Assembly (NCBI GenBank): GCA_035543235.1
Contig: DATKJV010000047.1
Location: forward strand, 14,298-78,297
Length of the DNA stretch: 64,000 nt
From: Anaeromyxobacteraceae bacterium
GTDB taxonomy: Bacteria > Myxococcota > Myxococcia > Myxococcales > Anaeromyxobacteraceae
Reading direction: 5' to 3'
Shown here: piece after piece, positions 25,968-37,778 of the stretch
How positions within the stretch are numbered: the stretch's first letter is position 1
How the letters are laid out: every line of letters begins with the position of its first letter
The notes under the pieces: model-generated
Database searches by the model: none
What the model was told of the DNA's origin: nothing
What the model saw: only the letters and a program-made list of their open reading frames with translations
Translations under genes and position numbers: made by a program

Positions 25968-26063
25968 CGCTCACGGACCTCCGGGATGAGTCCCGCGCCG
26001 CCCTCGGGGCGGCCCGGTGCCCGACCATCCTGGATCGGTGGTCTGACATCGCGCTCGCGGGGG

Positions 26064-27764
26064 CTACCGGAGCCCGACCACCCGGCCGTCCGGGAGGAGG
26101 TCCATGTCCTCCGCGGCGGGCCGCTCGGGCAGGCCCGGCATGAGGACGATTTCGCCCGCGAGCGCCGTGACGTAGCCGGCGCCGGCGTAGAGCCGGAGCT
26201 CCCGCACAGGCAGGCGGAACCCGGACGGGTTCGGCCCCAGGAGGGGGTCGTGAGAGAACGAGTACGGCGTCTTCGCAATGCAGACGGGGAAGCGGCCGTG
26301 GCCGAGCGCGGTGAGGTCGTCGAGCTGCGCGGCCGCGGCCCTCGAGAAGTCGACGCCAGCCGCCCGGTAGATCCGCACGGCCACCTCCTCGACCTTCCTC
26401 TTCAGCGGCCACTCGTCGGGGTAGAGGAGGCGGAAGCTGCTGGCGCCGTCCCCGAGCGCCGCGGACACGGCGCGGGCGAGGTCGAGGGCGCCGGCCCCGC
26501 CGTCGCGGAAGTGCGTGGCGACCACCGCCTCGCGCGCGCCCGCGGCGATCGCCACGTCGCGCAGCGCGGCGTGCTCCTCGGCGCGGTCCTCGGGGTGCAC
26601 GTTCAGGGCCACCACCGCCGGCACCCCGAAGGCGAGCACGTTCTCGACCTGGAGCCGGAGGTTCTCCGCGCCGCGCCGGAGGGCGTCCGGATCCGGCGCC
26701 GCGAGCGCCGCGTCGAGCTCGCGCCCCTTCTTCCCGCGCCCGGCGCCTCCGTGGTGCTTCGCGGCGCGCACGGTCGCGACGACCACGGCGGCGGACGGCT
26801 CGAGTCCGCTCTGCCGGCACTTCAGGTCGAAGAACTTCTCGGCGCCGAGGTCCGCCCCGAATCCGGCCTCGGTGACGACCACGTCCGCTGCGGCGAGGCC
26901 GAGCCGGTCGGCGATCACGGAGCTCGTGCCCTGCGCGATGTTCCCGAAGGGGCCGGTGTGGACGAGGACCGGAGAGCCCTCGAGCGTCTGCATGAGGTTC
27001 GGCTTCACCGCCTCGGCGAGGAGGACCGCCATCGCCCCGGCGGCCTTGAGCTTCTCCGCCTGCACCGGGCGGCCCTGGCGGTTCCGGGCGAGCACCACGC
27101 GGCCGAGGCGGCGCCGGAGGTCCGGGACGTCCTCGGCGAGCGACAGAACCGCCATGACCTCGGACGCGGCGGTGATGGTCCACTCCGCCTCGCGCACGGG
27201 CCCGTTGAGCCGCCCTCCGAGCCCGATCACCGCGTCGCGGAGCGGCCGGTCGTTCATGTCGACGACCCGCGGCCAGACGACCGAGCCCGGCTCGACGCCG
27301 AGCGGGTTGCCGTGGTTCAGGTGGTTGTCGAGCATCGCCGCGGCGAGGTTGTGGGCCGAGGTCACGGCGTGGAAGTCGCCGGTGAGGTGGAGGTTGAAGG
27401 TCTCCATGGGGACGACCTGCGACCGGCCGCCGCCGTTTCCGCCCCCCTTCACGCCGAAGACCGGGCCGAGACTCGGCTGCCGGACGGTGAGCGCCGCGCG
27501 AACGCCCCGCCGGCGCAGAGCGTCCGTGAGCCCGATGGCGGTCGTCGTCTTCCCCTCGCCGGCGGGCGTCGGCGTCACCGCCGTCACGACCACGAGCCTG
27601 CCGCGGCCGCCCCGCGCCTCCAGACGGCGGACCGCGGCGAGGTCCACCTTCGCCGCGTGTCGACCGTAGGCCTCGATCTCCGCCGGCTCGAGCCCGAGCT
27701 CCCGCGCGACCTCCAGGATGGGGCGGAGCGACGCGGCCTGTGCGATCTCGAGCGAGGTGGGCAT
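26064..27764 (-). CDS. fhs: formate--tetrahydrofolate ligase
   Basis: Inner ATG (MPTSLEIAQAASLRPI...) of ORF 26064..27875. 'TPTPAGEGKTTTAIGL', 'GPVFGVKGGGNGGG' and 'HTGPFGNIA'. Confidence 0.95.
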   Translation of the reverse strand: MPTSLEIAQAASLRPILEVARELGLEPAEIEAYGRHAAKVDLAAVRRLEARGGRGRLVVVTAVTPTPAGEGKTTTAIGLTDALRRRGVRAALTVRQPSLGPVFGVKGGGNGGGRSQVVPMETFNLHLTGDFHAVTSAHNLAAAMLDNHLNHGNPLGVEPGSVVWPRVVDMNDRPLRDAVIGLGGRLNGPVREAEWTITAASEVMAVLSLAEDVPDLRRRLGRVVLARNRQGRPVQAEKLKAAGAMAVLLAEAVKPNLMQTLEGSPVLVHTGPFGNIAQGTSSVIADRLGLAAADVVVTEAGFGADLGAEKFFDLKCRQSGLEPSAAVVVATVRAAKHHGGAGRGKKGRELDAALAAPDPDALRRGAENLRLQVENVLAFGVPAVVALNVHPEDRAEEHAALRDVAIAAGAREAVVATHFRDGGAGALDLARAVSAALGDGASSFRLLYPDEWPLKRKVEEVAVRIYRAAGVDFSRAAAAQLDDLTALGHGRFPVCIAKTPYSFSHDPLLGPNPSGFRLPVRELRLYAGAGYVTALAGEIVLMPGLPERPAAEDMDLLPDGRVVGLR

Positions 27765-27873
27765 GGGCCGAGAGCGTAGCCCCTCGCCTCCGCGCCGGGC
27801 CGGGACGCCCCATCGGGGCGGACCCCGCGCCCCGGAACGGGCGGCCGGAGTAACATGGTCGCGGAGGCGCGCC

Positions 27874-29724
27874 ATGGCATCCCCCGGCGAGCGGATACGG
27901 CGCTACACGTGGATCGGCATCGCCCTCGTCTGGGCGGCCCTCCTCGCCTTCGGCCTCTCGTCGCAGCCGGTGAAGTCCGAGGTCCTCACCTACAGCGACT
28001 TCAAGGCGGACGTCGCCGCCGGCAAGGTCGACGAGGTCGCCATCTCGCCGACCGAGATCCGCGGCCGCCTGAAGCCCGAGGGGGGGAAGCTGGGCACGTC
28101 CTTCGCGCTCGTGCGGGTGGAGGACCCCGATCTCGTCCGCTCGCTCGAGGCGGCCCACGTGAAGGTGAGCGGGGCCGTCGACCGGGCGCCCTGGTGGAGC
28201 TCGCTCGCCTGGCTCCTGCCGCTCGCCATCGCCATCCCCTTCCTCCTCTCGCTCTTCCGGCGGACCGGCGCCGCCGGCCAGGGGGGGCTCTTCGCGGTCG
28301 GGCGCTCCCGGGCGAAGGTCTACGTGGAGACCGACGTGAAGGTGACCTTCGCCGACGTGGCGGGGGTGGACGAGGCGAAGCAGGAGCTGCAGGAGGTCAT
28401 CGAGTTCCTGAAGACCCCCGACAAGTTCCGGCGCCTGGGGGGCAAGATCCCGAAGGGGATCCTGCTCGTCGGCCCGCCCGGGACCGGCAAGACGCTGCTC
28501 GCCCGGGCGGTCGCCGGCGAGGCGGCCGTGCCGTTCTTCTCCATCAGCGGCTCCGAGTTCGTCGAGATGTTCGTCGGCGTCGGGGCGGCGCGCGTCCGCG
28601 ACCTCTTCCTGCAGGCGCGGGAGCGGGCGCCCTGCATCGTGTTCATCGACGAGCTCGACGCGCTGGGGAAGGCGCGCGGGGTCGGGCCCATGGCCCACGA
28701 GGAGCGCGAGCAGACGCTCAACCAGCTGCTCGTGGAGATGGACGGTTTCGACCCCCGCGTGGGCGTCATCCTCATGGCGGCGACGAACCGCCCGGAGATC
28801 CTCGACCCGGCGCTGCTTCGGGCGGGGCGCTTCGACCGGCACGTGCTCGTGGACCGGCCCGACAAGGCCGGGCGGCTCGCCATCCTCCAGGTGCACGCCC
28901 GCCAGATCCAGCTCGCCGACGCGGCCGCGCTCGAGAGCATCGCCGGCATGACCGCCGGCCTCGTGGGAGCCGACCTCGCAAACGTCGTGAACGAGGCGGC
29001 GCTCCTCGCCGTTCGGCGCGGGGCCGAGAAGGTCGAGCTGCGCGACCTGCAGGAGGCGGTGGAGCGGATCGTCGCCGGGCTCGAGAAGCGGAACCGCGTG
29101 CTGAATCGCATGGAGCGCGAGCGCGTCGCCCATCACGAGGTAGGGCACGCGCTCGTGGCGTTCGCCCTCCCCGGCCAGGACCAGGTCCAGAAGATCTCCA
29201 TCATCCCGCGCGGCATCGCGGCGCTCGGCTACACGCTGCAGGTGCCCACCGAGGATCGGTTCCTCATGACGGAGCACGAGCTCGAGAACAAGATCTGCGT
29301 GCTGCTCGGCGGCCGCGTGGCCGAGGAGGTGTCGTTCGGCGACGTCTCCACTGGCGCGCAGGACGACCTCCTCAAGGCCACCGAGATCGCCCGGAGCATG
29401 GTGCGGTCCTACGGGATGAGCGAGGCGCTCGGGCCGCTCTCCTTCGAGAGGGACGGGCGTCCCCTCTTCCTCCGCACGGCCGAGCTGCCCTCCCGGCCCG
29501 ACGCCTCGGAGGAGGTGCTCCGGCAGATCGACGCCGAGGTGAGGCGGATCGTGGAGACGCAGCACGCCCGCGCGCGGAAGCTCCTCGAGGAGCGCGTGGT
29601 CCTGCTCCGCGAGGCGGCGAAGGCGCTGCTCGCGCAGGAGACGCTCTCCGGCGACGAGCTCCGCGCCGTCGCCTCCCGGCTGGGCTTCGCCCCCGAGCCG
29701 GCCCCCGCGAAGGCGACCGCCTGA
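27874..29724 (+). CDS. ftsH: ATP-dependent zinc metalloprotease FtsH
   Basis: Inner ATG ([19 protein letters not shown]...) of ORF 27718..29724. Two N-terminal TM helices, Walker A '[18 protein letters not shown]', 'IVFIDELDA', SRH '[20 protein letters not shown]' and the zinc site 'HEVGHAL'. Confidence 0.95.
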   Translation: MASPGERIRRYTWIGIALVWAALLAFGLSSQPVKSEVLTYSDFKADVAAGKVDEVAISPTEIRGRLKPEGGKLGTSFALVRVEDPDLVRSLEAAHVKVSGAVDRAPWWSSLAWLLPLAIAIPFLLSLFRRTGAAGQGGLFAVGRSRAKVYVETDVKVTFADVAGVDEAKQELQEVIEFLKTPDKFRRLGGKIPKGILLVGPPGTGKTLLARAVAGEAAVPFFSISGSEFVEMFVGVGAARVRDLFLQARERAPCIVFIDELDALGKARGVGPMAHEEREQTLNQLLVEMDGFDPRVGVILMAATNRPEILDPALLRAGRFDRHVLVDRPDKAGRLAILQVHARQIQLADAAALESIAGMTAGLVGADLANVVNEAALLAVRRGAEKVELRDLQEAVERIVAGLEKRNRVLNRMERERVAHHEVGHALVAFALPGQDQVQKISIIPRGIAALGYTLQVPTEDRFLMTEHELENKICVLLGGRVAEEVSFGDVSTGAQDDLLKATEIARSMVRSYGMSEALGPLSFERDGRPLFLRTAELPSRPDASEEVLRQIDAEVRRIVETQHARARKLLEERVVLLREAAKALLAQETLSGDELRAVASRLGFAPEPAPAKATA

Positions 29725-29736
29725 GGCCGCGCCCGC

Positions 29737-30042
29737 CTACAGGAGCTTCGAGCCGACGAGGAGCTGGACCGCCGCGGCGAGCGTCGCCGCCGTGGCGCCC
29801 GTCACCGCCGGCTTCGCCGATGCGCGGGCCCAGGCGACGCCGCCCGCGATCGCGATGCCGCCGGCGAGGACGAGCGTGACCGGGAAGCCCCCGGCGCGGA
29901 TCTGCACCGCGTGGAAGAGGACGAGCGCCTGCAGTCCCGCCGCCACGGCGGCCGCCACGCCGGGACCGCGCACCGCTGCGTCGAAGAGGAGAGCGAGGGC
30001 GCCGGCGCAGGCCACGACCGAGAGGGCGTCGAAGAGGCTCAT
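29737..30042 (-). CDS. hypothetical small membrane protein (3 predicted TM helices)
   Basis: Inner ATG (MSLFDALSVVACAGALALLF...) of ORF 29737..30330. Almost all codons end in G/C and the protein is strongly hydrophobic. Confidence 0.55.
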   Translation of the reverse strand: MSLFDALSVVACAGALALLFDAAVRGPGVAAAVAAGLQALVLFHAVQIRAGGFPVTLVLAGGIAIAGGVAWARASAKPAVTGATAATLAAAVQLLVGSKLL

Positions 30043-30328
30043 GCGCGCATCTTGCCGCCGTGCGGCGCGGGCGCCAGAAAACGGCGCCGCAGCCACGCGG
30101 TGGCGCAACACCGGTCCCGACTCGCGAGCATGGAGCGCGGAGCGGTGCCGCCGGCGGGTAGGACGCGCGTCTGCCGGTCCCGGGTGCTCGTCGGGCCGAG
30201 GGCCGGCCCGCTCCCGGCTTCCCGCGCAGCCCCTCTCCCGAAAGATAAGGGTTCGGTCAGGACCCGTGACGGGAGGGCCCGCATGCTGGGACGCAAACGA
30301 CGCGCCGTGGGGCGCGAGGAGAACCGGC

Positions 30329-30985
30329 ATGCTGACAGTCGACCGGGAGCCGCTCGAGATTGCTACTCACCCCTTTCGCGAGCGAGTGAACGCGTGGTTC
30401 TTTCACGTCCTCGATGGTTACGCGCACCGCAAGTACCGGGTCGTGAAGCGGGAGATGTTCGGAGGCCTCCCTCGCACGATCCTCGAGATCGGTGCCGGGG
30501 ACGGCGCGAACTTCCGCTACCTCACACGAGGCACGCGCGTCATCGCCCTCGAGCCCAACGTGCACATGCACGGCTACCTGCGGGAGGCCGGGCGCCGGCA
30601 CGGCGTCACGGTGGACATCCGCGTCGGGCTCGCCGAACGCATTCCGCTGCCCGACGCGAGCGTCGAGGCGGTCATCTGCAGCCTCGTCCTCTGTACGGTC
30701 AAGGACCCGGAGCGGGCTCTTGCGGAGGTCCGGCGCGTCCTCCGACCGGGTGGACGCCTCTGGTGCATCGAGCACGTCGCGGCGCCGGCGGGGACCTTGC
30801 TCGCGAACGTTCAACGGTGGGTCCACCGTCCGTGGCGGTGGCTCTTCGAGGGTTGCGAGACACGCCGGGACACGGGACGGCTGCTTAGGGAGGCCGGATT
30901 CGCCTCCGTCGAGATCACGCCGTTCACGCTCCGCACGGCCTTCGTCCCCATTCGCCCGCAAATCGCGGCGGTCGCCCTTAGGTGA
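30329..30985 (+). CDS. class I SAM-dependent methyltransferase
   Basis: C-terminal 218 aa of ORF 29792..30985. Motif I 'ILEIGAGDGAN', 'VIALEPN', 'VDAVICSLVLCTV' and 'LRPGGRLWCIEH'. Confidence 0.85.
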   Translation: MLTVDREPLEIATHPFRERVNAWFFHVLDGYAHRKYRVVKREMFGGLPRTILEIGAGDGANFRYLTRGTRVIALEPNVHMHGYLREAGRRHGVTVDIRVGLAERIPLPDASVEAVICSLVLCTVKDPERALAEVRRVLRPGGRLWCIEHVAAPAGTLLANVQRWVHRPWRWLFEGCETRRDTGRLLREAGFASVEITPFTLRTAFVPIRPQIAAVALR

Positions 30986-32168
30986 CCGCGTGACCTCGGC
31001 GGGCCGCGGCGACCAGCGCCAGGAGCTCGCGTTCGAGCCGGGGGCGGCCATCGAAGAGGAAGGCGTGATCGTCGCCTTGGGCCTCGACGAGACGAGAGCC
31101 CGGGATCGCGCCGGCGAGCGCGCGTCCGTTCCCGAACCTGACGACGCGGTCGCCGGCGGCGTGGAGGACGACCGTCGGCACCCGCACGAGGTGGAGCAGC
31201 GCGCGCACGTCGATGTCGAGGTTCATCTCGAGCAGGTCCAGTGCGGCCCCCGGACTCGCGCCCTCCTGCTCGGCGCGCGCCGCCCAAGCGGCGGCAGGCT
31301 CGGTGAGGTGCCGCTTCGGGATGAGCGCCCGGATCGTGGCGCCGGAGCCCCAGCCGCTCTGGATGTAGCCTCGGAGGGTCGCGATCTCGCCATCGGTCCA
31401 GCCGTGCGGGTGATCCGGCGCCGCGGCCATCCGGGCGAACGCCCCGACGAGTGCAAGCCCGCGCACGCGAGAAGGACACTTCACGGAGAGAGTCACAGCC
31501 ATGGGGCCGCCCTCGGAGAAGCCGACCAGCACCGCCCCGGGAGAGCGAACCGCGTCCAGGAGGGCGACGAGGTCGTCGACCCGCTCGGGGAGCCTCGGCA
31601 GCACCTTGACCCGATCGCTGGCGCCAGTTCCGCGCTTGTCGAACATCACCACGCGTGCATGACGGGATAGAGCGCGCACGATCTCCGCCGCTCCCCCCAG
31701 CGCCAAGGCAGAGCGCATCCCCAGCGACCAGCCCAGCACGAGCACCACGTCGACGGGTCCTTCGCCGACCACCCGGTACGCAATGTGGACGTCGCCTCGC
31801 CGAAGGTAGCTCGGGCGCTCACCGGCTGCGGCGTCCGCCGCGTCCGGGTCGATGCCCGTCACCTCGCCCACGAACCGGTACCCGCGGCGAGCGTGCGTGC
31901 GGAGCAGACCTCTATCCGCCGGGCGCAGGGCGCGGCGCGCGAGGCTGACCGCACGCTGAAGCGACGCATCCGTCACGACCGCGTCCGGCCAGAGCTCGCG
32001 AAGGAGCTCGTCCTTCGACACGACGTGGTTCCTGTGCCGAACGAGATACTCCAGGACCGCAAACACCTGCGGCTGGAGCGGTTGGATCGCGCCGGCGGCC
32101 CGGAACTCCCGGCGACCGACGTCCAGCTCGTAGCTCCCGAATCGCCACGCCACTCGCCAGCGACGCAT
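30978..32168 (-). CDS. OmpR/PhoB-type winged-helix DNA-binding domain fused to an alpha/beta hydrolase domain
   Basis: ORF 30978..32192; ATG at 32168 chosen and 32192 is also possible. N-terminus 'FGSYELDVGRREFRAAGAIQPLQPQVFAVLEYLVRHRNHVVSKDELLRELWP' is trans_reg_C. C-terminus has 'VVLVLGW' and nucleophile elbow 'LVGFSEGGPMAV'. There is no receiver domain. Confidence 0.8.
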   Translation of the reverse strand: MRRWRVAWRFGSYELDVGRREFRAAGAIQPLQPQVFAVLEYLVRHRNHVVSKDELLRELWPDAVVTDASLQRAVSLARRALRPADRGLLRTHARRGYRFVGEVTGIDPDAADAAAGERPSYLRRGDVHIAYRVVGEGPVDVVLVLGWSLGMRSALALGGAAEIVRALSRHARVVMFDKRGTGASDRVKVLPRLPERVDDLVALLDAVRSPGAVLVGFSEGGPMAVTLSVKCPSRVRGLALVGAFARMAAAPDHPHGWTDGEIATLRGYIQSGWGSGATIRALIPKRHLTEPAAAWAARAEQEGASPGAALDLLEMNLDIDVRALLHLVRVPTVVLHAAGDRVVRFGNGRALAGAIPGSRLVEAQGDDHAFLFDGRPRLERELLALVAAARRGHAVT

Positions 32169-32351
32169 AGTCGGCCGTGGGCCGGCTATCAACCGATGGG
32201 CCGCCGCTCGTTCGCGCGACGCGGCGTCCGGAGGGGCACGGCATGCGGTGAGGCTCGCTTCCCGCCACGAGCTCGCCCCGTCAATGTTTGATTGCGACCC
32301 GGCATCGCTCGCGGGCGAGGGGGGCGCGACCCGGATGGGCCGGTGGCCGGC

Positions 32352-35012
32352 CTAGCCCGCGATCTTCGCCATCACGTGGGGCAGGATGCCGCCAGCCCTC
32401 AGGAATTCGACCTCGACGGGGGTGTCGAGCCGGACGAGGACCGGCACCTCCTCCTGCCGGCCGTCGCGGCGCCGGACGACGAGGCGCGCCGTCGCTCGGG
32501 GGGCGAGCCGGGAGACGCCGAGGAGGTCGTAGGTCTCGGTGCCGTCGAGGCGCAGGGCCTCGGCGGAGACGCCGTCGGGGAACTGGCAGGGCAGCACCCC
32601 CATCCCGGCGAGGTTCGCCCGGTGGATGCGCTCGAAGGAGCGCGCCACGACGGCGCGCACGCCGAGCAGCGCCGTCCCCTTCGCCGCCCAGTCGCGCGAG
32701 CTGCCCGTTCCGTACTCCTGCCCGGCGAGGACCACGAGCGGGACGCCGCGCTTCTCGTACTCCACCGCCGCGTCGTAGATGGACATGCGCTCGCCCGATG
32801 GCTGCAGGGAGGTGACGCCGCCCTCCACGCCCGGCACCATGAGGTTCCGGATGCGGACGTTCGCGAAGGTGCCGCGGACCATGACCCGGTCGTTCCCGCG
32901 CCGCGACCCGTAGCTGTTGAAGTCCGCCGGGGCGACGCCCAGCGAGACGAGGTACTGGCCGGCGGGCGAGCTCGGCCGGATCGACCCGGCCGGGCTGATG
33001 TGGTCGGTCGTGACCGAGTCCCCGAAGATGGCGAGGGCGCGCGCACCGGTCACGTCGCTCGGCGGCCGCGGGGGCGTCATGAAATAGGGCGGCTCCTGGA
33101 CGTAGGTGGACTTCGGGTCCCAGCGGTAGACGAGCCCCTCGGCCGAGCGCATCTCGTTCCACTGCGGGTTCTGGTCGAACCGCTCGTAGTTCTTGCGGTA
33201 CTCCTCGGGGTCCCGGGCCGTGGACAGGAGCGAGGCCACCTCCGCCGGCGAGGGCCACAGGTCGCGGAGGTAGACGTCCCTCCCGTCGCGGTCGCGGCCG
33301 AGCGGCTCGCGCGTGATGTCCTTCGCCACCGTGCCGGCGAGCGCGAAGGCCACGACCAGCGGGGGGCTCATGAGGAAGTTCGCCTTGACGCTCCCGTGGA
33401 TGCGGGCCTCGAAGTTCCGGTTGCCCGAGAGCACGCTGGCGACGACGAGGTCGTTCTCGGTCACGAGCCGCTCGAGGTCGGGGTCGAGAGGTCCCGAGTT
33501 GCCGATGCAGGTCGTGCACCCGTAGCCCACCACGTCGAAGCCGAGCGCGTCGAGGTGGCGCAGGAGCCCCGTCCGCTCGAGGTAGCGAGTGACGACCCGG
33601 CTCCCCGGCGCGAGCGACGTCTTCACCGTGGGCGGCGGCCGCATGCCCCGCTCCGCCGCCTTCCGGGCGAGGAGGCCGGCCGCGAGCATCACCGCGGGGT
33701 TGGAGGTGTTGGTGCACGAGGTGATCGCCGCGATCACCACGTCGCCATGGCCCGCGTCCACGGCACCCCGGCGCTTGCGCACCCCGAGCTCCGCCGCCGG
33801 CTTCCCGTAGCCCGTCGGGTCGGTGCGGGAGAAGAGCTCCGCGAAACGCCCGGACAGCGCCGAGAGGGGGATGCGGTCCTGCGGTCGCTTGGGGCCGGCC
33901 ACGGCCGGCTCCACCCGCGCGAGGTCGAGGTCGACCACCTCGCTGTAGTCGCACTCGTCGCGCCGGGGGATGCCGAGCGTCCCCTGGGCCGAGAGATAGG
34001 CGCGCACGGCCTCCACCTGCTCGGCGGGGCGCCCGGTGTCCCGCAGGTAGCGGAGCGTCTCGTCGTCCGGCGGGAAGAATCCGATCGTCGCCCCGTACTC
34101 CGGGGCCATGTTGGCGATCGTGGCGCGCTCCGCGGCCGGCAGGCTCGAGGCGCCCTCTCCGTGGAACTCGACGAACTTGCCCACGACCTTGTGGCGGCGC
34201 AGCAGCTCGGTCACCGCCAAGACGACGTCCGTCCCCGTCGACCCCTCGGGCAGCCGGCCGTGGACGTGGACGCCCACGACGTCCGGCGTGAGGAAGGACG
34301 CGGGCTGGCCGAGCATGGCCGCCTCGGCCTCGATCCCGCCCACGCCCCAGCCGACGACGCCGATGCCGTTCACCATCGTCGTGTGGGAGTCGGTCCCGAG
34401 CAGCGTGTCGTAGAGGAAGAGGCCGTCGCGCTCTGTCGCCACGGTGGCGAGGAACTCGAGGTTCACCTGGTGGCAGATGCCGATGCCCGGCGGGACGATG
34501 CGCAGCCGCTCGAAGGCCTGCGTGCCCCACTTCAGGAAGGCATAGCGCTCCCGGTTGCGCTCGAACTCCTTCTGCATGTTCTCGCGAAGCGCCGCCGGGG
34601 TTCCCCAGGCGTCCACCTGGACGGAGTGGTCGACGACGAGGTCCACCGGGACGAGCGGCTCGACGAGCTTCGGGTCCTTTCCCAGGCGCGCCACCGCCGC
34701 CCGCATGGCAGCGAGGTCGACGAGCAGCGGCACGCCCGTGAAGTCCTGCAGGAGCACGCGCGAGACGACGAACGGGATCTCGGCGGACCGCTCCGCCGAC
34801 GGGCGCCAGGACGCGAGGGCGCGGACGTCCTCCTCGCGCACGCGGTGGCCGTCGAGGTTGCGGACGAGGGACTCGAGCACGATGCGGAGCGAGACCGGGA
34901 GCCGCGAGATGCGCCCGAAGCCCTTGGCCTCGAGCGCCGGGAGCGAATGGAATCGGGCCGTACGCCCCGCGCCGGTGGAGAAGGTGGCGAGCACGCCGAG
35001 CGCGTCTGTCAT
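32352..35012 (-). CDS. acnA: aconitate hydratase AcnA
   Basis: 886-aa ORF with '[11 protein letters not shown]', '[10 protein letters not shown]', '[10 protein letters not shown]' and '[10 protein letters not shown]'. Confidence 0.95.
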   Translation of the reverse strand: MTDALGVLATFSTGAGRTARFHSLPALEAKGFGRISRLPVSLRIVLESLVRNLDGHRVREEDVRALASWRPSAERSAEIPFVVSRVLLQDFTGVPLLVDLAAMRAAVARLGKDPKLVEPLVPVDLVVDHSVQVDAWGTPAALRENMQKEFERNRERYAFLKWGTQAFERLRIVPPGIGICHQVNLEFLATVATERDGLFLYDTLLGTDSHTTMVNGIGVVGWGVGGIEAEAAMLGQPASFLTPDVVGVHVHGRLPEGSTGTDVVLAVTELLRRHKVVGKFVEFHGEGASSLPAAERATIANMAPEYGATIGFFPPDDETLRYLRDTGRPAEQVEAVRAYLSAQGTLGIPRRDECDYSEVVDLDLARVEPAVAGPKRPQDRIPLSALSGRFAELFSRTDPTGYGKPAAELGVRKRRGAVDAGHGDVVIAAITSCTNTSNPAVMLAAGLLARKAAERGMRPPPTVKTSLAPGSRVVTRYLERTGLLRHLDALGFDVVGYGCTTCIGNSGPLDPDLERLVTENDLVVASVLSGNRNFEARIHGSVKANFLMSPPLVVAFALAGTVAKDITREPLGRDRDGRDVYLRDLWPSPAEVASLLSTARDPEEYRKNYERFDQNPQWNEMRSAEGLVYRWDPKSTYVQEPPYFMTPPRPPSDVTGARALAIFGDSVTTDHISPAGSIRPSSPAGQYLVSLGVAPADFNSYGSRRGNDRVMVRGTFANVRIRNLMVPGVEGGVTSLQPSGERMSIYDAAVEYEKRGVPLVVLAGQEYGTGSSRDWAAKGTALLGVRAVVARSFERIHRANLAGMGVLPCQFPDGVSAEALRLDGTETYDLLGVSRLAPRATARLVVRRRDGRQEEVPVLVRLDTPVEVEFLRAGGILPHVMAKIAG

Positions 35013-35058
35013 GGGCGATCTCTTACGGCGCGACGGCGGTGCCGCAACCGGCGCGGGC

Positions 35059-36246
35059 TCAGCCGACCCAGAAGAACCGCGTCCAGAAGAGGAAGAGCAC
35101 CGCCTGGCCGAAGCAGAAACCGACGAGGAGGGCGCGGTCGACGACCGGCCGCCGACCCAGCTCGCCGAGCGCCACGAAGGAGGGGAAGAGGACGAGCGCG
35201 AACCGGGCCGAGGAGACGAGCGTCCCGGACAGGGCCACGGGCGCGAGCGAGGCGAGCCCGTAGACGCCGAGCGCGCGGGTCCGGCGCCGCCGGACGAGCC
35301 ACAACGCCAGCGCTGCCGATGCGAGGACCACCGCCGCCTCGAGCGGCCCGAGGAACGGGTGGAAGTCCCGGGGCGCGAGCACCGTGCGCCACGGGGAGGC
35401 GAGCGACCGCCCCCAGGCGGCCTGGGCGCGGAACAGCGCGAGCGGATCGCCGGTCAGGCGCCACAGGTTGGCGGCGTGGAGCGCGAGCCCGGCGGGGGGC
35501 AGGAGCGCGAACGCCGCCCTTCGCAGGGAGGGGCGCTCCCCGGCGGAGGGCGGCTCGAGGGCCATCCAGGCGATGGCCACCGCGACGATGACGCCGCCCG
35601 GGCGGGAGAGGGCGGCGAGGAAGCCGAGTGCGCCGGCCCGCGCGAAACGGCCGCGGTCGGCCGCGAGCACGCTCGCCGTCGCGAGCAGGAGGAAGAGCGA
35701 CTCCGGGTAGGCCGACGAGAGGACGAAGCCGGTCGGGAAGGCGAGGAGGTAGAGAGCTGCGCGGCCCGCCGCCTCGGCGCTCCCGGTGACACGCGCGGCG
35801 AGCCGGAGGAGGACGGCGAGCGCGCCGAGCGCGCAGGCGTTCGAGACGAGGAGCGCGGCCGGGTAGAGGGAGCCCGTCGCGCCGAGGGCGGGCCGCAGCG
35901 GCAGCGCGGCGACGCGGACGAGCCACGGGTAGACGGGAAAGAAGGCGACGTTGCTCTGGACCTCGCCGAGCGGCCCCCTCAGCGCGTAGCCCCCGCCGGC
36001 GACGTCCAGGTACCAGTGGGAGTCCCAGCGGCCGAAGGCGTCCAGGACCGCTTGCGGCAGGAAGGCGAAGCCGCGGCGGACCGCGTCGGGAAACGGATAG
36101 CTCCACGACGGCGAGACCTGGGCTCCGAACCACGCCACCGCGGCGAGCAGCGCCCGGAAGAGGAGGAAGGGCGCGAGGACGTCGCGCAGGAAGCTCGGCC
36201 CGGAAGGGGCGCTTTCCTCGGACCGGCGTGCCTCCGACATGGGCAA
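35059..36246 (-). CDS. polytopic membrane glycosyltransferase-like protein (PIG-V / GT-C-like)
   Basis: 395-aa ORF with about 9-10 hydrophobic segments. '[15 protein letters not shown]' resembles the PIG-V/mannosyltransferase signature. Confidence 0.6.
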   Translation of the reverse strand: MPMSEARRSEESAPSGPSFLRDVLAPFLLFRALLAAVAWFGAQVSPSWSYPFPDAVRRGFAFLPQAVLDAFGRWDSHWYLDVAGGGYALRGPLGEVQSNVAFFPVYPWLVRVAALPLRPALGATGSLYPAALLVSNACALGALAVLLRLAARVTGSAEAAGRAALYLLAFPTGFVLSSAYPESLFLLLATASVLAADRGRFARAGALGFLAALSRPGGVIVAVAIAWMALEPPSAGERPSLRRAAFALLPPAGLALHAANLWRLTGDPLALFRAQAAWGRSLASPWRTVLAPRDFHPFLGPLEAAVVLASAALALWLVRRRRTRALGVYGLASLAPVALSGTLVSSARFALVLFPSFVALGELGRRPVVDRALLVGFCFGQAVLFLFWTRFFWVG

Positions 36247-36296
36247 TCCTTCTACAACAGGCTCACCTTCGGAGTTACAAGGAACCCGGAGGCGCC

Positions 36297-37778
36297 ATGG
36301 TCCCGTCGGAGCTCTACCGGTCGTCCCTCGGCCTGCTCACGGACTTCTACGAGCTCACCATGGCCTACGCCGCATGGAAGGGCGGGATCGCCGGGCGGGA
36401 GGCGGTGTTCCACCTCGCCTTCCGGAAGAACCCGTTCGAGGGCGGCTATGCGATCGCGGCGGGTCTCGAGCACGCGGTCGACTACGTCCGCCACTGCCGC
36501 TTCGCGCCCGACGACGTCGCCTTCCTCGCCGCGCAGCGGGGCAACGACGGACGGCCGCTCTTCGAGGCCGAGTTCCTCGACTGGCTCGCCGCGCTCCGCC
36601 TCGACGTCGACGTGGACGCGGTGCCGGAGGGGACGGCGGTCTTCCCGTACGAGCCGATGCTGCGCGTGCGGGGGCCGGTCGTCCCCTGCATGCTGCTCGA
36701 GACGCCGCTGCTCAACATCGTGAACTTCCAGACGCTCGTCGCCACCAAGGCGGCGCGGGTCGCCCTCGCCGCGCGCGGCGAGCCGGTGATCGAGTTCGGG
36801 CTGCGCCGCGCCCAGGGGATCGACGGGGCGCTGTCGGCGAGCCGGGCCTCGTTCGTCGGCGGGTGCGCCGCCACCTCCAACGTGCTCGCGGGCAAGCTCT
36901 ACGGCATCCCCGTGAAGGGGACCCACGCCCACAGCTGGGTGATGCTCTTCGACGACGAGCTCGAGGCGTTCCTCACCTACGCGCGGGCCATGCCGGCGAA
37001 CTGCATCCTCCTCGTCGACACCTACAACTCGCTCGAGGGGGTTCGCCGGGCGATCGAGGTGGGGAAGTGGCTGAAGGAGCGGGGGCACCGGCTCGTCGGC
37101 GTCCGGCTCGACTCCGGCGACCTCGCCTGGCTCTCCGTCCAGGCGCGCCGGCTCCTCGACTCCGCCGGCCTGACGGACACCGCGGTCATGGCGTCGAACG
37201 AGCTCGACGAGTCGATCGTGCAGGCGCTCAAGGACCAGGAGGCCGCCATCACCGTCTGGGGCGTGGGCACGCGCCTCGTCTCCGCCTGGGGAGAGCCCGC
37301 GCTCGGGGGCGTCTACAAGCTGTCGGCGGTGCGCAGCGGCCCGGGCGCGCCGTGGAGCTACCGCGTGAAGCTCTCCGAGCAGGCTGCGAAGACCACCATC
37401 CCCGGGATCCTGCAGATCCGGCGCTACGAGCACCCCGACGGCTTCCTCGCCGACGTGATCTACGACGTGGAGAGTGGCCTCCCCGCGGCCCCGGAGATGA
37501 TCGACCCTCTCGACCTGACGCGACGGCGCGTGATCCCCGCCGGCACGCCCGGGGAGGACCTCCTCGTCCCCGTGCTCCGGCGCGGGCAGCCCGTCTGGAA
37601 GAGCCCCTCGCTCGAGGCGATGCGCGAGCGGGCCCGGTCGCAGCTCGCCCGGCTGCACGCCGGGGTGAAGAGGCTCGTCCACCCGCACCAGTACCCCGTG
37701 GGCCTGGAGAGGAGCCTCTCGGAGATCCGCACCCGACTCATCCTGGAGGCGCGCGGGGTCGCCGCGCGACCCGCGTGA
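36297..37778 (+). CDS. pncB: nicotinate phosphoribosyltransferase
   Basis: Inner ATG ([28 protein letters not shown]...) of ORF 36228..37778. 'FGLRRAQG', 'GTHAHSWVM' and 'GVRLDSGDL'. Confidence 0.9.
   Translation: MVPSELYRSSLGLLTDFYELTMAYAAWKGGIAGREAVFHLAFRKNPFEGGYAIAAGLEHAVDYVRHCRFAPDDVAFLAAQRGNDGRPLFEAEFLDWLAALRLDVDVDAVPEGTAVFPYEPMLRVRGPVVPCMLLETPLLNIVNFQTLVATKAARVALAARGEPVIEFGLRRAQGIDGALSASRASFVGGCAATSNVLAGKLYGIPVKGTHAHSWVMLFDDELEAFLTYARAMPANCILLVDTYNSLEGVRRAIEVGKWLKERGHRLVGVRLDSGDLAWLSVQARRLLDSAGLTDTAVMASNELDESIVQALKDQEAAITVWGVGTRLVSAWGEPALGGVYKLSAVRSGPGAPWSYRVKLSEQAAKTTIPGILQIRRYEHPDGFLADVIYDVESGLPAAPEMIDPLDLTRRRVIPAGTPGEDLLVPVLRRGQPVWKSPSLEAMRERARSQLARLHAGVKRLVHPHQYPVGLERSLSEIRTRLILEARGVAARPA

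Noticed and set aside
27765-27873. ZTP (pfl) or THF riboswitch in the 5' leader of fhs
   Set aside because: I read the minus-strand leader and did not find the conserved GGGUCGUG...ACCGGGCGGA...CCGCCUGGGC elements. The region is also shared with the divergent ftsH promoter.
25276-29565. N-terminal 1430 aa of the 1875-aa ORF 23938..29565
   Set aside because: Only the last 445 aa (citrate synthase) are meaningful. The upstream part crosses an intergenic terminator and the fhs and ftsH loci in a wrong frame.
32292-35591. 1099-aa plus-strand ORF antisense to acnA
   Set aside because: It is antisense to a textbook aconitase gene, has junk composition and contains no motifs.
36247-36296. NAD+ (nadA-motif) riboswitch upstream of pncB, suggested by the less GC-rich 'CTACAACAGGCTCACC...' stretch
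   Set aside because: Only 50 nt separate two divergent start codons. There is no tandem stem with the conserved ACANCCCC-type bulges, so this is more likely just promoter and RBS sequence.
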